A stretch of 64,000 bases of DNA from an uncultured SAR116 cluster alpha proteobacterium (GTDB lineage: Bacteria; Pseudomonadota; Alphaproteobacteria; Puniceispirillales; GCA-002684695): the NCBI GenBank assembly GCA_902522415.1, contig CABYVI010000003.1, positions 5,092 through 69,091 of the forward strand, given 5' to 3'. Positions 55,619 through 64,000 of this stretch are shown here, one piece after another (the stretch's first letter is position 1; each line of letters opens with the position of its first letter). The translations under genes and the position numbers were made by a program. A model generated the notes under the pieces. The model searched no databases, was not told where the DNA came from, and saw only the letters and a program-made list of their open reading frames with translations.

Positions 55619-56374
55619 TTGTTTAATTTCAAATCTATTTTAGATGTCACAAAAAAAGAATGGTTAAATGGCTTGTGTATCTCTGAAAAAGAAATCCCAG
55701 ATATGGTTATCCAAGAAGGTTCATGGTGGAGGGAAGAAAGACAAAAATTAAGATTAATGCATTTAGAGAGTGTTCGTGAACTTGGATTTCCAGATATTTA
55801 CTGGGGAAAGTGGAAAGATAAAAAAATAGTTTTTTGCATGACATATGGAGCACCACGCGCTTTAGAAATATCACATATTTTTTCAAAAATTGGTTGTAAA
55901 TTGGTTGTCCAAATTGGAACATGTGGAGGTCTACAACCACATCTTTCTCCAGGAGATATTATATTACCTGATCATATCAGTTGCGAGGATGGAGTTGCTA
56001 GACACTTTTCAAAATCAAACTTTGTTAATGCAAGTCCTAAATGGATAAAGCTTGCTGAAAGTCTTCTTAAAAAACAAAATCGAAACGTCTATATAGGAAA
56101 ACATGTTACTTTCTCTTCTTTATTTGCAGAAACTAAAAAGATGTATGAAAAATGGAATAAAAATGGTTTTCTATGTGTTGAAATGGAAACAGCAACAACT
56201 GTTGCCGCTGCAACTCAAAACAATGTTGACGCTATATCTATGGTTGTGGTTTGGGATGAATTAACAGCAGGTAGAAGATTTATGGACCCAATGACAAAAA
56301 AGGCCCTAAAAGAATTAGAAATTAGTAACGAAACTATCTTTAAAGTTGCTTTATCTCTATCTGAAAAATTATAG
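55619..56374 (+). CDS. Nucleoside phosphorylase family (PNP_UDP_1) protein; TTG start
   Basis: VVQIGTCGGL, FLCVEMETATT. Confidence 0.6.
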   Translation: MFNFKSILDVTKKEWLNGLCISEKEIPDMVIQEGSWWREERQKLRLMHLESVRELGFPDIYWGKWKDKKIVFCMTYGAPRALEISHIFSKIGCKLVVQIGTCGGLQPHLSPGDIILPDHISCEDGVARHFSKSNFVNASPKWIKLAESLLKKQNRNVYIGKHVTFSSLFAETKKMYEKWNKNGFLCVEMETATTVAAATQNNVDAISMVVVWDELTAGRRFMDPMTKKALKELEISNETIFKVALSLSEKL

Positions 56375-56561
56375 ATCTAGAAACTATTACTATAAGAAAT
56401 AATAGTTAGTATTAAAATATAGCATAATTATAAATTTGATATTATTTCATTTAGATATAGTAGAAGCCTGTAATATCCGATTCTAATTTAAATGGAAATG
56501 TAGTAGACAATAAATAGTATAAAATAAAGCATAATGCATTTACTAACTAAAAATTTAAATA

Positions 56562-57443
56562 ATGAAGTCTCAAAGTAAAACAAAACAACCTTTATTGGGT
56601 ATTTTGTTTTTTATAATTGCCATTTTTCTTATATCTGTTGTCGATACTGTATGTAAATTTTATACAAAAGAACTCCATTCAATTCAGCTTGTATGGGGTT
56701 ATTTTACTGGAATTAATTTAATTTTATGGACTTTCTTTTTTTTTAAAGGAGAAAAACTTTCAAAATTAAAAGCAACTGAAAGACCATTATTACAAATTTC
56801 TCGTCCCGCTTTCTTAGTTTTTTCAATATCAAGTCTTTTTCTTGGTTTAACATATTTACCTATAGCAGAAGCAACAGCTATTGGATTTGTTGCTCCATTA
56901 TTTATTACAGTACTTTCGGTTCCAATCTTAAAAGAAAGAGTTGATATACATCGTTGGTGTGCCGTAATTATTGGTTTAGCTGGCGTTATGATAATTGTGC
57001 GTCCTGGTGGGGCTTTTTGGCAATTAGCTTCTATAATGCCTTTGCTTGGCGCATTATTTTTTGCTCTCTTTCAAATTATGACAAGATTACTGTCTGCAAC
57101 TGAAAATACCTATACAACTTTATTTTATACAGGCCTTGGGGGATTAGGATGGTCTAGTTTAATGGTACCTTTTGTTTGGACTACACCATTTAAGATACAT
57201 TTTCTTGTGTTTCTTGGTACTGGGACAATGGGTGCACTAGCGCATTTATGCATGATAAATGCCTTTGATCGTGCTGAAGCTTCTCTCATAGCTCCTTATA
57301 ATTACACCAAATTATTATGGGTTGTATTTTTAGGTTATTGGATGTTTGGTGATATCCCAAGTCTTGAAATGTGGATTGGGGCTTTTATAATAATTTCAGC
57401 AGGATTTTATGTTTTCTATAGAGAAATGAATTTAAATAATTAA
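56562..57443 (+). CDS. EamA/DMT-family transporter
   Basis: 293 aa, about 10 TM segments, duplicated EamA pattern. Confidence 0.8.
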   Translation: MKSQSKTKQPLLGILFFIIAIFLISVVDTVCKFYTKELHSIQLVWGYFTGINLILWTFFFFKGEKLSKLKATERPLLQISRPAFLVFSISSLFLGLTYLPIAEATAIGFVAPLFITVLSVPILKERVDIHRWCAVIIGLAGVMIIVRPGGAFWQLASIMPLLGALFFALFQIMTRLLSATENTYTTLFYTGLGGLGWSSLMVPFVWTTPFKIHFLVFLGTGTMGALAHLCMINAFDRAEASLIAPYNYTKLLWVVFLGYWMFGDIPSLEMWIGAFIIISAGFYVFYREMNLNN

Positions 57444-57500
57444 TAGATTGTTTCAAGATAGCATTAACTAAAAAAATAAAACTAGATTGAAGGTGAGGAT

Positions 57501-58352
57501 ATGTTTCCTAAAATTATCAATAATGAACAATTTGAGTTTTGGAATAAAGGAATAGGTCAAAAGTGGGTAAATGAAGACAGTGCAATGAATGAAAGGTTCA
57601 CCGTTTTAACAAATGAATTTTTCAAAAGAGCAAAAATTAATAAAAATGAAAACGTTCTGGATATTGGTTGTGGAGGAGGCATTACATCTTTTGAGGCATC
57701 AAAATTAGTAGGGGAAAATGGATATGTATTAGGCGCTGATATTTCTCAAATTTTACTAGATTTAGCAGAAAAGAATTATTCAAATATTCAAAATTTAGAA
57801 TTTAAATATTGCGATGTACAAAATTATAAATTTAAAAAAAATATTTTCAATAAAGTTATTTCTAGATTTGGAGTTATGTTTTTTGAAAATCCTTTTGAAG
57901 CCTTTAAAAATATTCATAATTCAATTGAGGATGAGGGTTCATTACATTTTATATGCTGGACAAATGTTATGGAAAATGAGTTTTTTACTGCTGCAGCCAA
58001 TATTATTATAAACAGTCTTAATAAAGATTTTCCAGAAGTTACTAGAGCGCCAGGTCCGTTTGCTTTCAGCGAAGAAGAGTATATAAAACAAATTTTAATT
58101 GAAACAGATTTTAGAAATATAAAAGTCGAAAAGTTTTATTCAGAGATTTCAACAAATGACCCACCAACAAAAGATGGAAACCTTCTGTTTAATATTGGTT
58201 TAGCTGGAAGATTATTATCAGAGGAAAATTTGTCAGAGGAGAAACTTTCAATTATTAAAAATGAAATAATAGAGATGTCTCAGAAAAGACAAAAGAATGG
58301 TAAGATCTCATATAAGGCATGCTTAAACTATGTGTCGGCAGATAAAAAATAA
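57501..58352 (+). CDS. Class I SAM-dependent methyltransferase
   Basis: VLDIGCGGG motif I, VISRFGVMFF. Confidence 0.8.
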   Translation: MFPKIINNEQFEFWNKGIGQKWVNEDSAMNERFTVLTNEFFKRAKINKNENVLDIGCGGGITSFEASKLVGENGYVLGADISQILLDLAEKNYSNIQNLEFKYCDVQNYKFKKNIFNKVISRFGVMFFENPFEAFKNIHNSIEDEGSLHFICWTNVMENEFFTAAANIIINSLNKDFPEVTRAPGPFAFSEEEYIKQILIETDFRNIKVEKFYSEISTNDPPTKDGNLLFNIGLAGRLLSEENLSEEKLSIIKNEIIEMSQKRQKNGKISYKACLNYVSADKK

Positions 58353-58549
58353 AAATTTTTTTTTAAATCTTCTGGCGGAGGAACCATCCGCCTCACCTCA
58401 CCGCATAACGGTTGATTTGCTTCAATTCTAGCATTTTGGGATTTTTCAGTCCACAATTTAGTCTACAATATTTAATATCTTAAGATTAACTTTAAAGAAT
58501 AAGTTGATTTTAAATTATCATTTAAAGATATTGTGTTGTAGAGTTATTT

Positions 58550-58915
58550 ATGGCTTTTTATTTTACAGTTCATTTTTTACTTGGGATGTTAGCTGGAAAC
58601 TCAGTGAACATAATAATGAAAGCAAAAACTAATGTTGCCGCTTACCCATTGTGGTTAAACAACTCCCTCTGGTCTACTCTTGGTTCAAGTATAATGGTAT
58701 TTTCAGCTATTTTGGCACTTCCAACAACTTTTTTCCAATGGGGTTTTACTTATACGATGGCAACATTAGGGGAACTGGTTGTAGGAGCATTTGTAGTCGG
58801 ATTTTTTCCTATTCCCTTTAGAATTATTCTGGTTGCAATCGGACCAATCATTTCAATTGCTATAATGGGTGCTTTATGGGGGTTGTGGTATTTATATATC
58901 CCCTTTATTTCTTAA
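58550..58915 (+). CDS. Small polytopic membrane protein (121 aa)
   Basis: Three to four hydrophobic segments; no recognisable family. Confidence 0.45.
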   Translation: MAFYFTVHFLLGMLAGNSVNIIMKAKTNVAAYPLWLNNSLWSTLGSSIMVFSAILALPTTFFQWGFTYTMATLGELVVGAFVVGFFPIPFRIILVAIGPIISIAIMGALWGLWYLYIPFIS

Positions 58916-58984
58916 TTCATGAATTAAAAAAACTAAATGATAGAATGAACTACCATTTAGTTAAGTTTAGGGAGGAAATAATGA

Positions 58985-59506
58985 TTAAATTGGGTTTACT
59001 GTTATAGAGTATTCCTTCAAAACCTTCTTGATTTGAGGAATACCTTTTTCATCAAATTGAATGGAGTTTAATCTCTTTAGATACCAGATGGATAATGCTG
59101 TGGCTTCTGCTGTGCATCGTGTTTTAACTATGCCACTGCCATCAAAGTCTTCAAAGACACATTCTTCATCACGATATTTTATCCAATCTCTCTGAACGTT
59201 TCTTATTCTCTTTTTCTGCTTGGGAAACACAGCGTATCTTTCCATCACATCTTTATAAATTCTATTGAGTTCTGAATCCATTGAAACATTAATTCTATGG
59301 GCACAGACAACTCCATCACCTGTTTTTGGAGCAACACCTCTTTTAAACATAACATTACATTCAGGGTGCTTTTCATTGGTCATGTCCATAACCATTCTGG
59401 TTATTTCACCATCTGATACTTTGGCATTTGTCTGGTAGGAAAAGAATAGTGAGAAAATTAAGAGTGCTGGGAAATAAATTGAATATTCTTTGATTTTACT
59501 GAGCAT
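58985..59506 (-). CDS. Secreted DUF1311/LprI-like (lysozyme-inhibitor-like) protein
   Basis: Signal peptide; LNRIYKDVMERY ... VQRDWIKYRDEEC pattern. Confidence 0.6.
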   Translation of the reverse strand: MLSKIKEYSIYFPALLIFSLFFSYQTNAKVSDGEITRMVMDMTNEKHPECNVMFKRGVAPKTGDGVVCAHRINVSMDSELNRIYKDVMERYAVFPKQKKRIRNVQRDWIKYRDEECVFEDFDGSGIVKTRCTAEATALSIWYLKRLNSIQFDEKGIPQIKKVLKEYSITVNPI

Positions 59507-59665
59507 GAATACCTCCTTGTTGAAACAGTGATACTCTTATAAGAAGGTATGTTGTCTTAAAGGTGATTTAATAATGACCAAAAGAAGGTTTGTTTAAAGA
59601 ATTATTCTCAATTTGAACATAATGTTATTATATTTAAAGAATGTTTGCTTTAGGAAGTTAGAGTT

Positions 59666-60208
59666 TTGAGAATGAAGAAGTATTATTTAATATTGTTTAT
59701 TGTTTTTGGCTTCGTATTAAACTCGTCATATGCCTCTGAAAAAATAACTGAAATTAACTTTAATGACGGAGCAAATTATTATGAATCCCAAGCAATAGCT
59801 AAGGGTTTAAATAAAGAAATTATTTATGCATTTCATACTTGGCTTGAAGTAAGTCATTTTAATTATGGATGCTTATCAGAAGATAATTGCAGACAAAACA
59901 TTAAGTATGAAATGAGTTTTGAAACATATTCAGCAGACTTAAATTCAGATGGAGTTGATGAAGTATTTGTATATTTGAAAGGACCGGGAATATGTGGTTC
60001 TGGAGGGTGTACTACATACATTCTTCAAAAAAAAAGTGAAGATAAATGGATGATAATTGGGGAATATTTTCCAAATTATGGAACAAGTATTTCTTCAAAA
60101 AAACATGAAGGTTTTTCAATTATTTATCATAAAGGGAAATTTGGAAAATATGAGTGTTTTTATCAAGCATGGGAAAAAAATTTATATAGCTGTTATGAAA
60201 AAAAATAA
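59666..60208 (+). CDS. Secreted Cys-containing hypothetical protein
   Basis: Signal peptide; DLNSDGVDEVFVYLKGPGICGSGGCTTYIL. Confidence 0.5.
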   Translation: MRMKKYYLILFIVFGFVLNSSYASEKITEINFNDGANYYESQAIAKGLNKEIIYAFHTWLEVSHFNYGCLSEDNCRQNIKYEMSFETYSADLNSDGVDEVFVYLKGPGICGSGGCTTYILQKKSEDKWMIIGEYFPNYGTSISSKKHEGFSIIYHKGKFGKYECFYQAWEKNLYSCYEKK

Positions 60209-60339
60209 CTTTAGCCCCAAACATCCCCACCCAAACTGGATAGATAATGCTCTTTAGATTGCTTAAATTTAATTTAATACTTACATTACAAGTATTTTTG
60301 TAAGATTTATATATTGTAAATTTAATAGTAAATTAATTA

Positions 60340-61215
60340 ATGATGGAATTATTAATAGTAATTGCTGGAATTATTGGACTTGTCTGGTTTTTTAACAGAG
60401 ACACATCAGACAAAAATATAGACTATACTCCACCCAGAAATAGATCTTCATCAAAAATATTTAAATATAAAGAGTTCTCTAAAAAGTCAAAGCCAAAAAT
60501 TAAATTTAATAACTCGAATCATAAAATAAAAACTGAAAATAGTAAAATTATTAAATGCAAAAGCTGCCAACAAAAACTTAGAGTAGGAAAAATTCCAGCT
60601 GGGAAAAGTGGGGTTGTTACTTGCCCATCTTGCAACTTTAAAAATAAGATTACAGTTAAAAAAAATAAAACAACAGAAAATATTTTAAATTTTGACGGCA
60701 TTAATGATGCTTATACTGGAATACCAATTAATCCCTCAAAACAACTATATAACTGCGGTTGCGGCGTTTTTTATCACGCTGAAAGTTATGAGGTTATTGT
60801 TCAAGAAAATTTTTCACAATGTGTTGCTTGTTCTAAAACAAATATATCAGCTTTTCATTCAAAAGAAGATGTTTCAATCAATATCTCTACTCCAAGAAAC
60901 CACAAAGCTAGTGTTATAACTCTAGTCAATTATAGAAATTATTTAAATAAGGTTGTTACATTTGAAGGAGAGGTAAAAAAGATTTTACAAAGCAGATCAG
61001 GAACAAGTTATGCCGTTATGTTTGAAAATAAAGGTTGGACAAAAGGTTTCAAACTAGTATTTTTTAGGGATGCAGTAAGCCAATATGGAGGCTCTAGATA
61101 TATTTATTCATTAGAAAGAAAAAAGTTAAAAGTTAGAGGTTTATTAATTAAACATAAAACTTTTGGATATGAGATTATAATAAATGAAAAATCAATGATC
61201 ATGAGTGTAGAATAA
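60340..61215 (+). CDS. Membrane-anchored protein with two Cys4 zinc-ribbon-like motifs and a C-terminal OB-fold-like domain; first gene of the Ubl operon
   Basis: N-terminal TM segment; CKSCQQKLRV...VTCPSCNF; CGC...CVAC; VVTFEGEVKKIL...YAVMFEN...LKVRGLL. Confidence 0.6.
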   Translation: MMELLIVIAGIIGLVWFFNRDTSDKNIDYTPPRNRSSSKIFKYKEFSKKSKPKIKFNNSNHKIKTENSKIIKCKSCQQKLRVGKIPAGKSGVVTCPSCNFKNKITVKKNKTTENILNFDGINDAYTGIPINPSKQLYNCGCGVFYHAESYEVIVQENFSQCVACSKTNISAFHSKEDVSINISTPRNHKASVITLVNYRNYLNKVVTFEGEVKKILQSRSGTSYAVMFENKGWTKGFKLVFFRDAVSQYGGSRYIYSLERKKLKVRGLLIKHKTFGYEIIINEKSMIMSVE

Positions 61216-61416
61216 ATGAAATGGAAAAACATAGATTTAAAGAATAAAAAAACAACTAAATATTCTGATGAAGTTTCAGTAGATTATCCTAAAACTAAAG
61301 AAGATTATCATAAGAGTGTAAAAAAATATCACCCCGATATAAATGACCCTTTTTTCAAAAATCGTAATACAAAAAAAATGCAAAAGTTAAATCAAAATAA
61401 AGACAAGTTAAAATAA
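61216..61416 (+). CDS. Mini J-domain-like protein (66 aa) with an HPD motif
   Basis: EDYHKSVKKYHPDIN; abuts both neighbouring genes with no gap. Confidence 0.45.
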   Translation: MKWKNIDLKNKKTTKYSDEVSVDYPKTKEDYHKSVKKYHPDINDPFFKNRNTKKMQKLNQNKDKLK

Positions 61417-62556
61417 GTGGAAAAATTCGCTCGAATATCAGCAATCAATGGATATGATAGAGATTTTATTTCTTCAATAAAAATAATTGTTATAGGCGCT
61501 GGTGCCATAGGAAATGAGATAGTAAAAAATCTTGCTCTTTTTGGTGTTAAAGAAATATTAATTTTTGATTTTGATAAAATTGAGATTCATAATCTTACAA
61601 GAAGTATTTTCTTCAGGGAAGAAGATATAGGAAGATTTAAAGCTGAAACAGTTGCTAAAAGAGCTTCAACTGTTTCTCCAGAAACAAATATAATAGCTAT
61701 TAATGAAAACTTTTGGGATTACTTAACATTTGAAATGTTATCACAATATTCAGCTGTAATATGTGCTGTGGATAATTTTGAAGCGAGAATTCGTTTAAAT
61801 ACATTATGTTCATTTTCAAAAAAACTATTTATAAATACTGGCATTGACCATACATTTGGTGCTGTTGAAGCTTTCCCCTTTGATCAAAATATTAATAACA
61901 CTGTAGCATGTTATGAATGTGGAATACCTTCTTCTGTTTATCTTAGAATGTCAGAAAGATATTCTTGTGGGTGGATTAGAAAAAAATACTTAAAAGAAAA
62001 GGTTATACCAACAACCACAATCACCTCTAGTATTACCTCTGCACATGCAATTTCAGTTTTATTTGAATATTTAAATCCAGACCTCCAAATTGAAGGTTTT
62101 GATTATTCTAAATCAGTAAAAAAACTAATCAATACAAAAACCCTTTCAGTGTCAATAACTGATATCCCCATAAAAGAACTATGTCCTTCCACATTTCATA
62201 ATACTCAAGATACAGTATTCTCAAAATCAAAAAGAAATATGAATAATCTGTTCTCTCAAAATCAAAGTTTAATTGACGCTTCTCAAAACATTAATATTGA
62301 GTTTAGTGAACCCATAATTTTATACACCAAAGAAAAGGATGGTTCTAAAAAATATTTCTTTGATAGAGCTGAAAATTACGATGAAACAATATTAATAAAA
62401 AATGGAGTTCGCTCTTTAGATGCAAAAATTATACAAAATATAAATTTCAAAACATTAATAGATGAATATAATAAATATGAAATACCTTCTAAGTTCATAC
62501 TTTGTAATTTAGATAATTATAAAAAAGCAATTATTGTGGAGATGATAAATGAGTGA
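61417..62556 (+). CDS. E1-like ubiquitin-activating enzyme (ThiF/MoeB/HesA fold); GTG start
   Basis: IIVIGAGAIGNEIVKNLALFGVKEILIFDFDKIEIHNLTRSIFF, CAVDNFEAR, CYECG. Confidence 0.85.
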   Translation: MEKFARISAINGYDRDFISSIKIIVIGAGAIGNEIVKNLALFGVKEILIFDFDKIEIHNLTRSIFFREEDIGRFKAETVAKRASTVSPETNIIAINENFWDYLTFEMLSQYSAVICAVDNFEARIRLNTLCSFSKKLFINTGIDHTFGAVEAFPFDQNINNTVACYECGIPSSVYLRMSERYSCGWIRKKYLKEKVIPTTTITSSITSAHAISVLFEYLNPDLQIEGFDYSKSVKKLINTKTLSVSITDIPIKELCPSTFHNTQDTVFSKSKRNMNNLFSQNQSLIDASQNINIEFSEPIILYTKEKDGSKKYFFDRAENYDETILIKNGVRSLDAKIIQNINFKTLIDEYNKYEIPSKFILCNLDNYKKAIIVEMINE

Positions 62557-62845
62557 TGATATTATAGAAATTGATCAAGGTGGAGATAACAATATTTCTG
62601 TTATTTTAAGAACAGCTGATCAAACAAGAAAAGCTGAAGTAGAGGTTTCAAAAGAAGACTTAATTAGTGAAATAATTGCGAGTGCAATAGAAAATTGGCA
62701 ACTAGATAAAGAAGTTGATTATTCAATTTCAAATGTTACGCAAAGCATTTCTTTAGATCCAGACCAAACCATTGGTGGAACAAATACCAGCAATGGGGAT
62801 ACTTTAGAAATTCAACCTGTATTGGTTGCTGGTTATGGGTGGTAG
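62549..62845 (+). CDS. Ubiquitin-like (beta-grasp) protein, 98 aa, C-terminus ...LVAGYGW
   Basis: Right size and position between E1 and E2; C-terminal GDTLEIQPVLVAG resembles a Ubl tail; overlaps both neighbours. Confidence 0.6.
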   Translation: MSDDIIEIDQGGDNNISVILRTADQTRKAEVEVSKEDLISEIIASAIENWQLDKEVDYSISNVTQSISLDPDQTIGGTNTSNGDTLEIQPVLVAGYGW

Positions 62846-63455
62846 AGCATCAAGAATAGAAAATGATTTAAAAAAAGTAAAAGAACTTTGCCTAAAGAGC
62901 AATGGGGCTATCAATATTATATCTCAAAATAATGAAGAAATTGAATTAGAATTTAAATATAGAACGATTGAAAATTCATCTGGGAAAATAATTAATAAAT
63001 CGATTGTTGAAATTGAGTTTGGACCTAAATACCCTTTTATTGAGCCCAAAGCATTTTTTAAATCTGAAATTTTTCATCCCAATGTTTATACTTCAGGACA
63101 AATATGTTTCGGGATAAAATGGGTTGGTTCACAAACATTAGATTTTTTGGTTGAAAGAATTGCAAATATAATAATATTTGACTCAAACATTCTTAACCTA
63201 GATTCTCCAGCTAATTCAACTGCTGTTAATTGGTATAAAAAAACAATTAGAAACAACCCAGATATTTTTCCTACTGATACATTTGTAAAACAGACACAAA
63301 CTAAAAAAAGCACTATAAAATGGAAAAATGTGAGTAACAACAATTTTGTTGTCAAAAATTGCCCGAGTTGTAATCAAGCATTAAGGTTGCCCACTGGAAA
63401 AAAACTCAAGGTAACATGTCGAAAATGTAAACAGATTTTTGAGACAAAGACATAA
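62835..63455 (+). CDS. E2-like ubiquitin-conjugating enzyme with a C-terminal zinc ribbon (the ORF track starts at TTG 62826)
   Basis: UBC active-site signature FHPNVYTSGQICFG; C-terminal CPSCNQALRL...VTCRKCKQIF. Confidence 0.8.
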   Translation: MGGRASRIENDLKKVKELCLKSNGAINIISQNNEEIELEFKYRTIENSSGKIINKSIVEIEFGPKYPFIEPKAFFKSEIFHPNVYTSGQICFGIKWVGSQTLDFLVERIANIIIFDSNILNLDSPANSTAVNWYKKTIRNNPDIFPTDTFVKQTQTKKSTIKWKNVSNNNFVVKNCPSCNQALRLPTGKKLKVTCRKCKQIFETKT

Positions 63456-63457
63456 TA

Positions 63458-64000
63458 ATGAAGTGGAATTCAGTAAAGCCGGATATTAAAATACACAGTC
63501 TTCATTCTGTTATAAATGAAATTGGCTTTATGTATGGAATCGCATTTATTAATACCAATGAAAATTACCTATTACTATGTTTTCAGAGTTGTTGGGATAA
63601 AATCATCAAACATCTCAAACCACATAAAGTGGAGATGGGTGGATTAATAATTGGCAAAATACATGAAGATCAAAGTTTAGATAAAACAATTGTTCTTTTG
63701 GAGGATATTGTTGTTTCAAATGATCACAAAAGTACATCTGTTTCTCTTGAAATGGGTGCAGGTATTTGGTCAGAAGCCAATAGCAATAAAAATAATGACC
63801 AAGCAGTTGTAGGTTGGTATCACTCTCATCCAAATCTAGGAGCATTTTTTAGTGGTACCGATGTCAAAAATCAAAAAGCTAATTTTAATTCCGCTTTTCA
63901 TTTTGGCTTAGTCATAGACCCTTTTAGAGATGAGTATGCGATATTTAGAGGCGCAGAATCAAAACCTATTAATTTATCAAACTTTTTTATTGGAGACAAT
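63458..64000 (+). CDS. JAB/JAMM (MPN+) metalloisopeptidase, 3' end beyond the window
   Basis: My own translation of an open frame running to nt 64000: ...KVEMGGLIIGK...VVGWYHSHPNLGAFFSGTDV... (E, HxH, S..D JAMM residues). Confidence 0.85.
   Translation, partial: MKWNSVKPDIKIHSLHSVINEIGFMYGIAFINTNENYLLLCFQSCWDKIIKHLKPHKVEMGGLIIGKIHEDQSLDKTIVLLEDIVVSNDHKSTSVSLEMGAGIWSEANSNKNNDQAVVGWYHSHPNLGAFFSGTDVKNQKANFNSAFHFGLVIDPFRDEYAIFRGAESKPINLSNFFIGDN

Noticed and set aside
58365-58383. GC-rich hairpin as a tRNA fragment or att site
   Set aside because: No tRNA-like T-arm or acceptor sequence, no matching direct repeat elsewhere in the window, and no integrase.
63615-63845. 76-aa minus-strand ORF near the window end
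   Set aside because: It lies antisense within the open plus-strand frame that encodes a clear JAMM peptidase (HSHP...SGTD).
1-64000. Search for rRNA, tRNA, transposases, integrases, prophage genes and CRISPR-Cas
   Set aside because: Nothing recognisable by eye. A tRNAscan or Infernal run would be needed to exclude small RNA genes formally.

Overview
Strongly AT-rich proteobacterial chromosome segment with tightly packed genes. About 47 kb (nt 1-47250) is one large flagellar regulon, in a gene order like the gammaproteobacterial polar-flagellum or Rhodobacter sphaeroides fla1 type: flgE(partial)FGHIJKL, four flagellin genes, a flagellin-modification block of TPR-enzyme fusions, fliD, fliS, two sigma-54 enhancer-binding proteins, and fliEFGHIJKLMNOPQR-flhB. 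I can read eleven sigma-54 type promoters (TGGCAY-N5-TTGCW) directly in the sequence.

Unusual points inside the regulon:
- FlgK is 2026 aa, FliD is 745 aa and one flagellin is 802 aa. All three carry copies of the same ~70-aa HGF-x-x-GD module, nine copies in total, one nested inside another.
- Three tandem sigma-54-driven small RNA genes lie at 30.17-30.65 kb. Their hairpin loop (GGTCAGCGAAAA) and CUCCG tail mimic the 5' leaders of two sigma-28-type flagellin genes.
- A 16-nt perfectly complementary copy of that loop lies in the 3' UTR of a nearby sigma-54 gene.
- The modification block contains two TPR-GT9-like proteins, a TPR-sulfotransferase and a TPR protein with an unknown domain.

Downstream come housekeeping genes: guanine deaminase, an M16C PreP-like peptidase, amine oxidase, nucleoside phosphorylase, an EamA transporter, a methyltransferase and a decayed SNase pseudogene. 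The last ~5.5 kb looks accessory. It ends in a six-gene, overlap-coupled operon encoding a TM/zinc-ribbon/OB-like protein, a mini J-domain, an E1 (ThiF-like), a 98-aa ubiquitin-like protein, an E2 (HPN...C) with a zinc ribbon, and a JAB/JAMM peptidase that is truncated by the window end. This is a bacterial ubiquitination-like (Bil/ISG15-like class) module with extra, undescribed-looking partners.

I recognised no rRNA, tRNA, CRISPR array, transposase or integrase.
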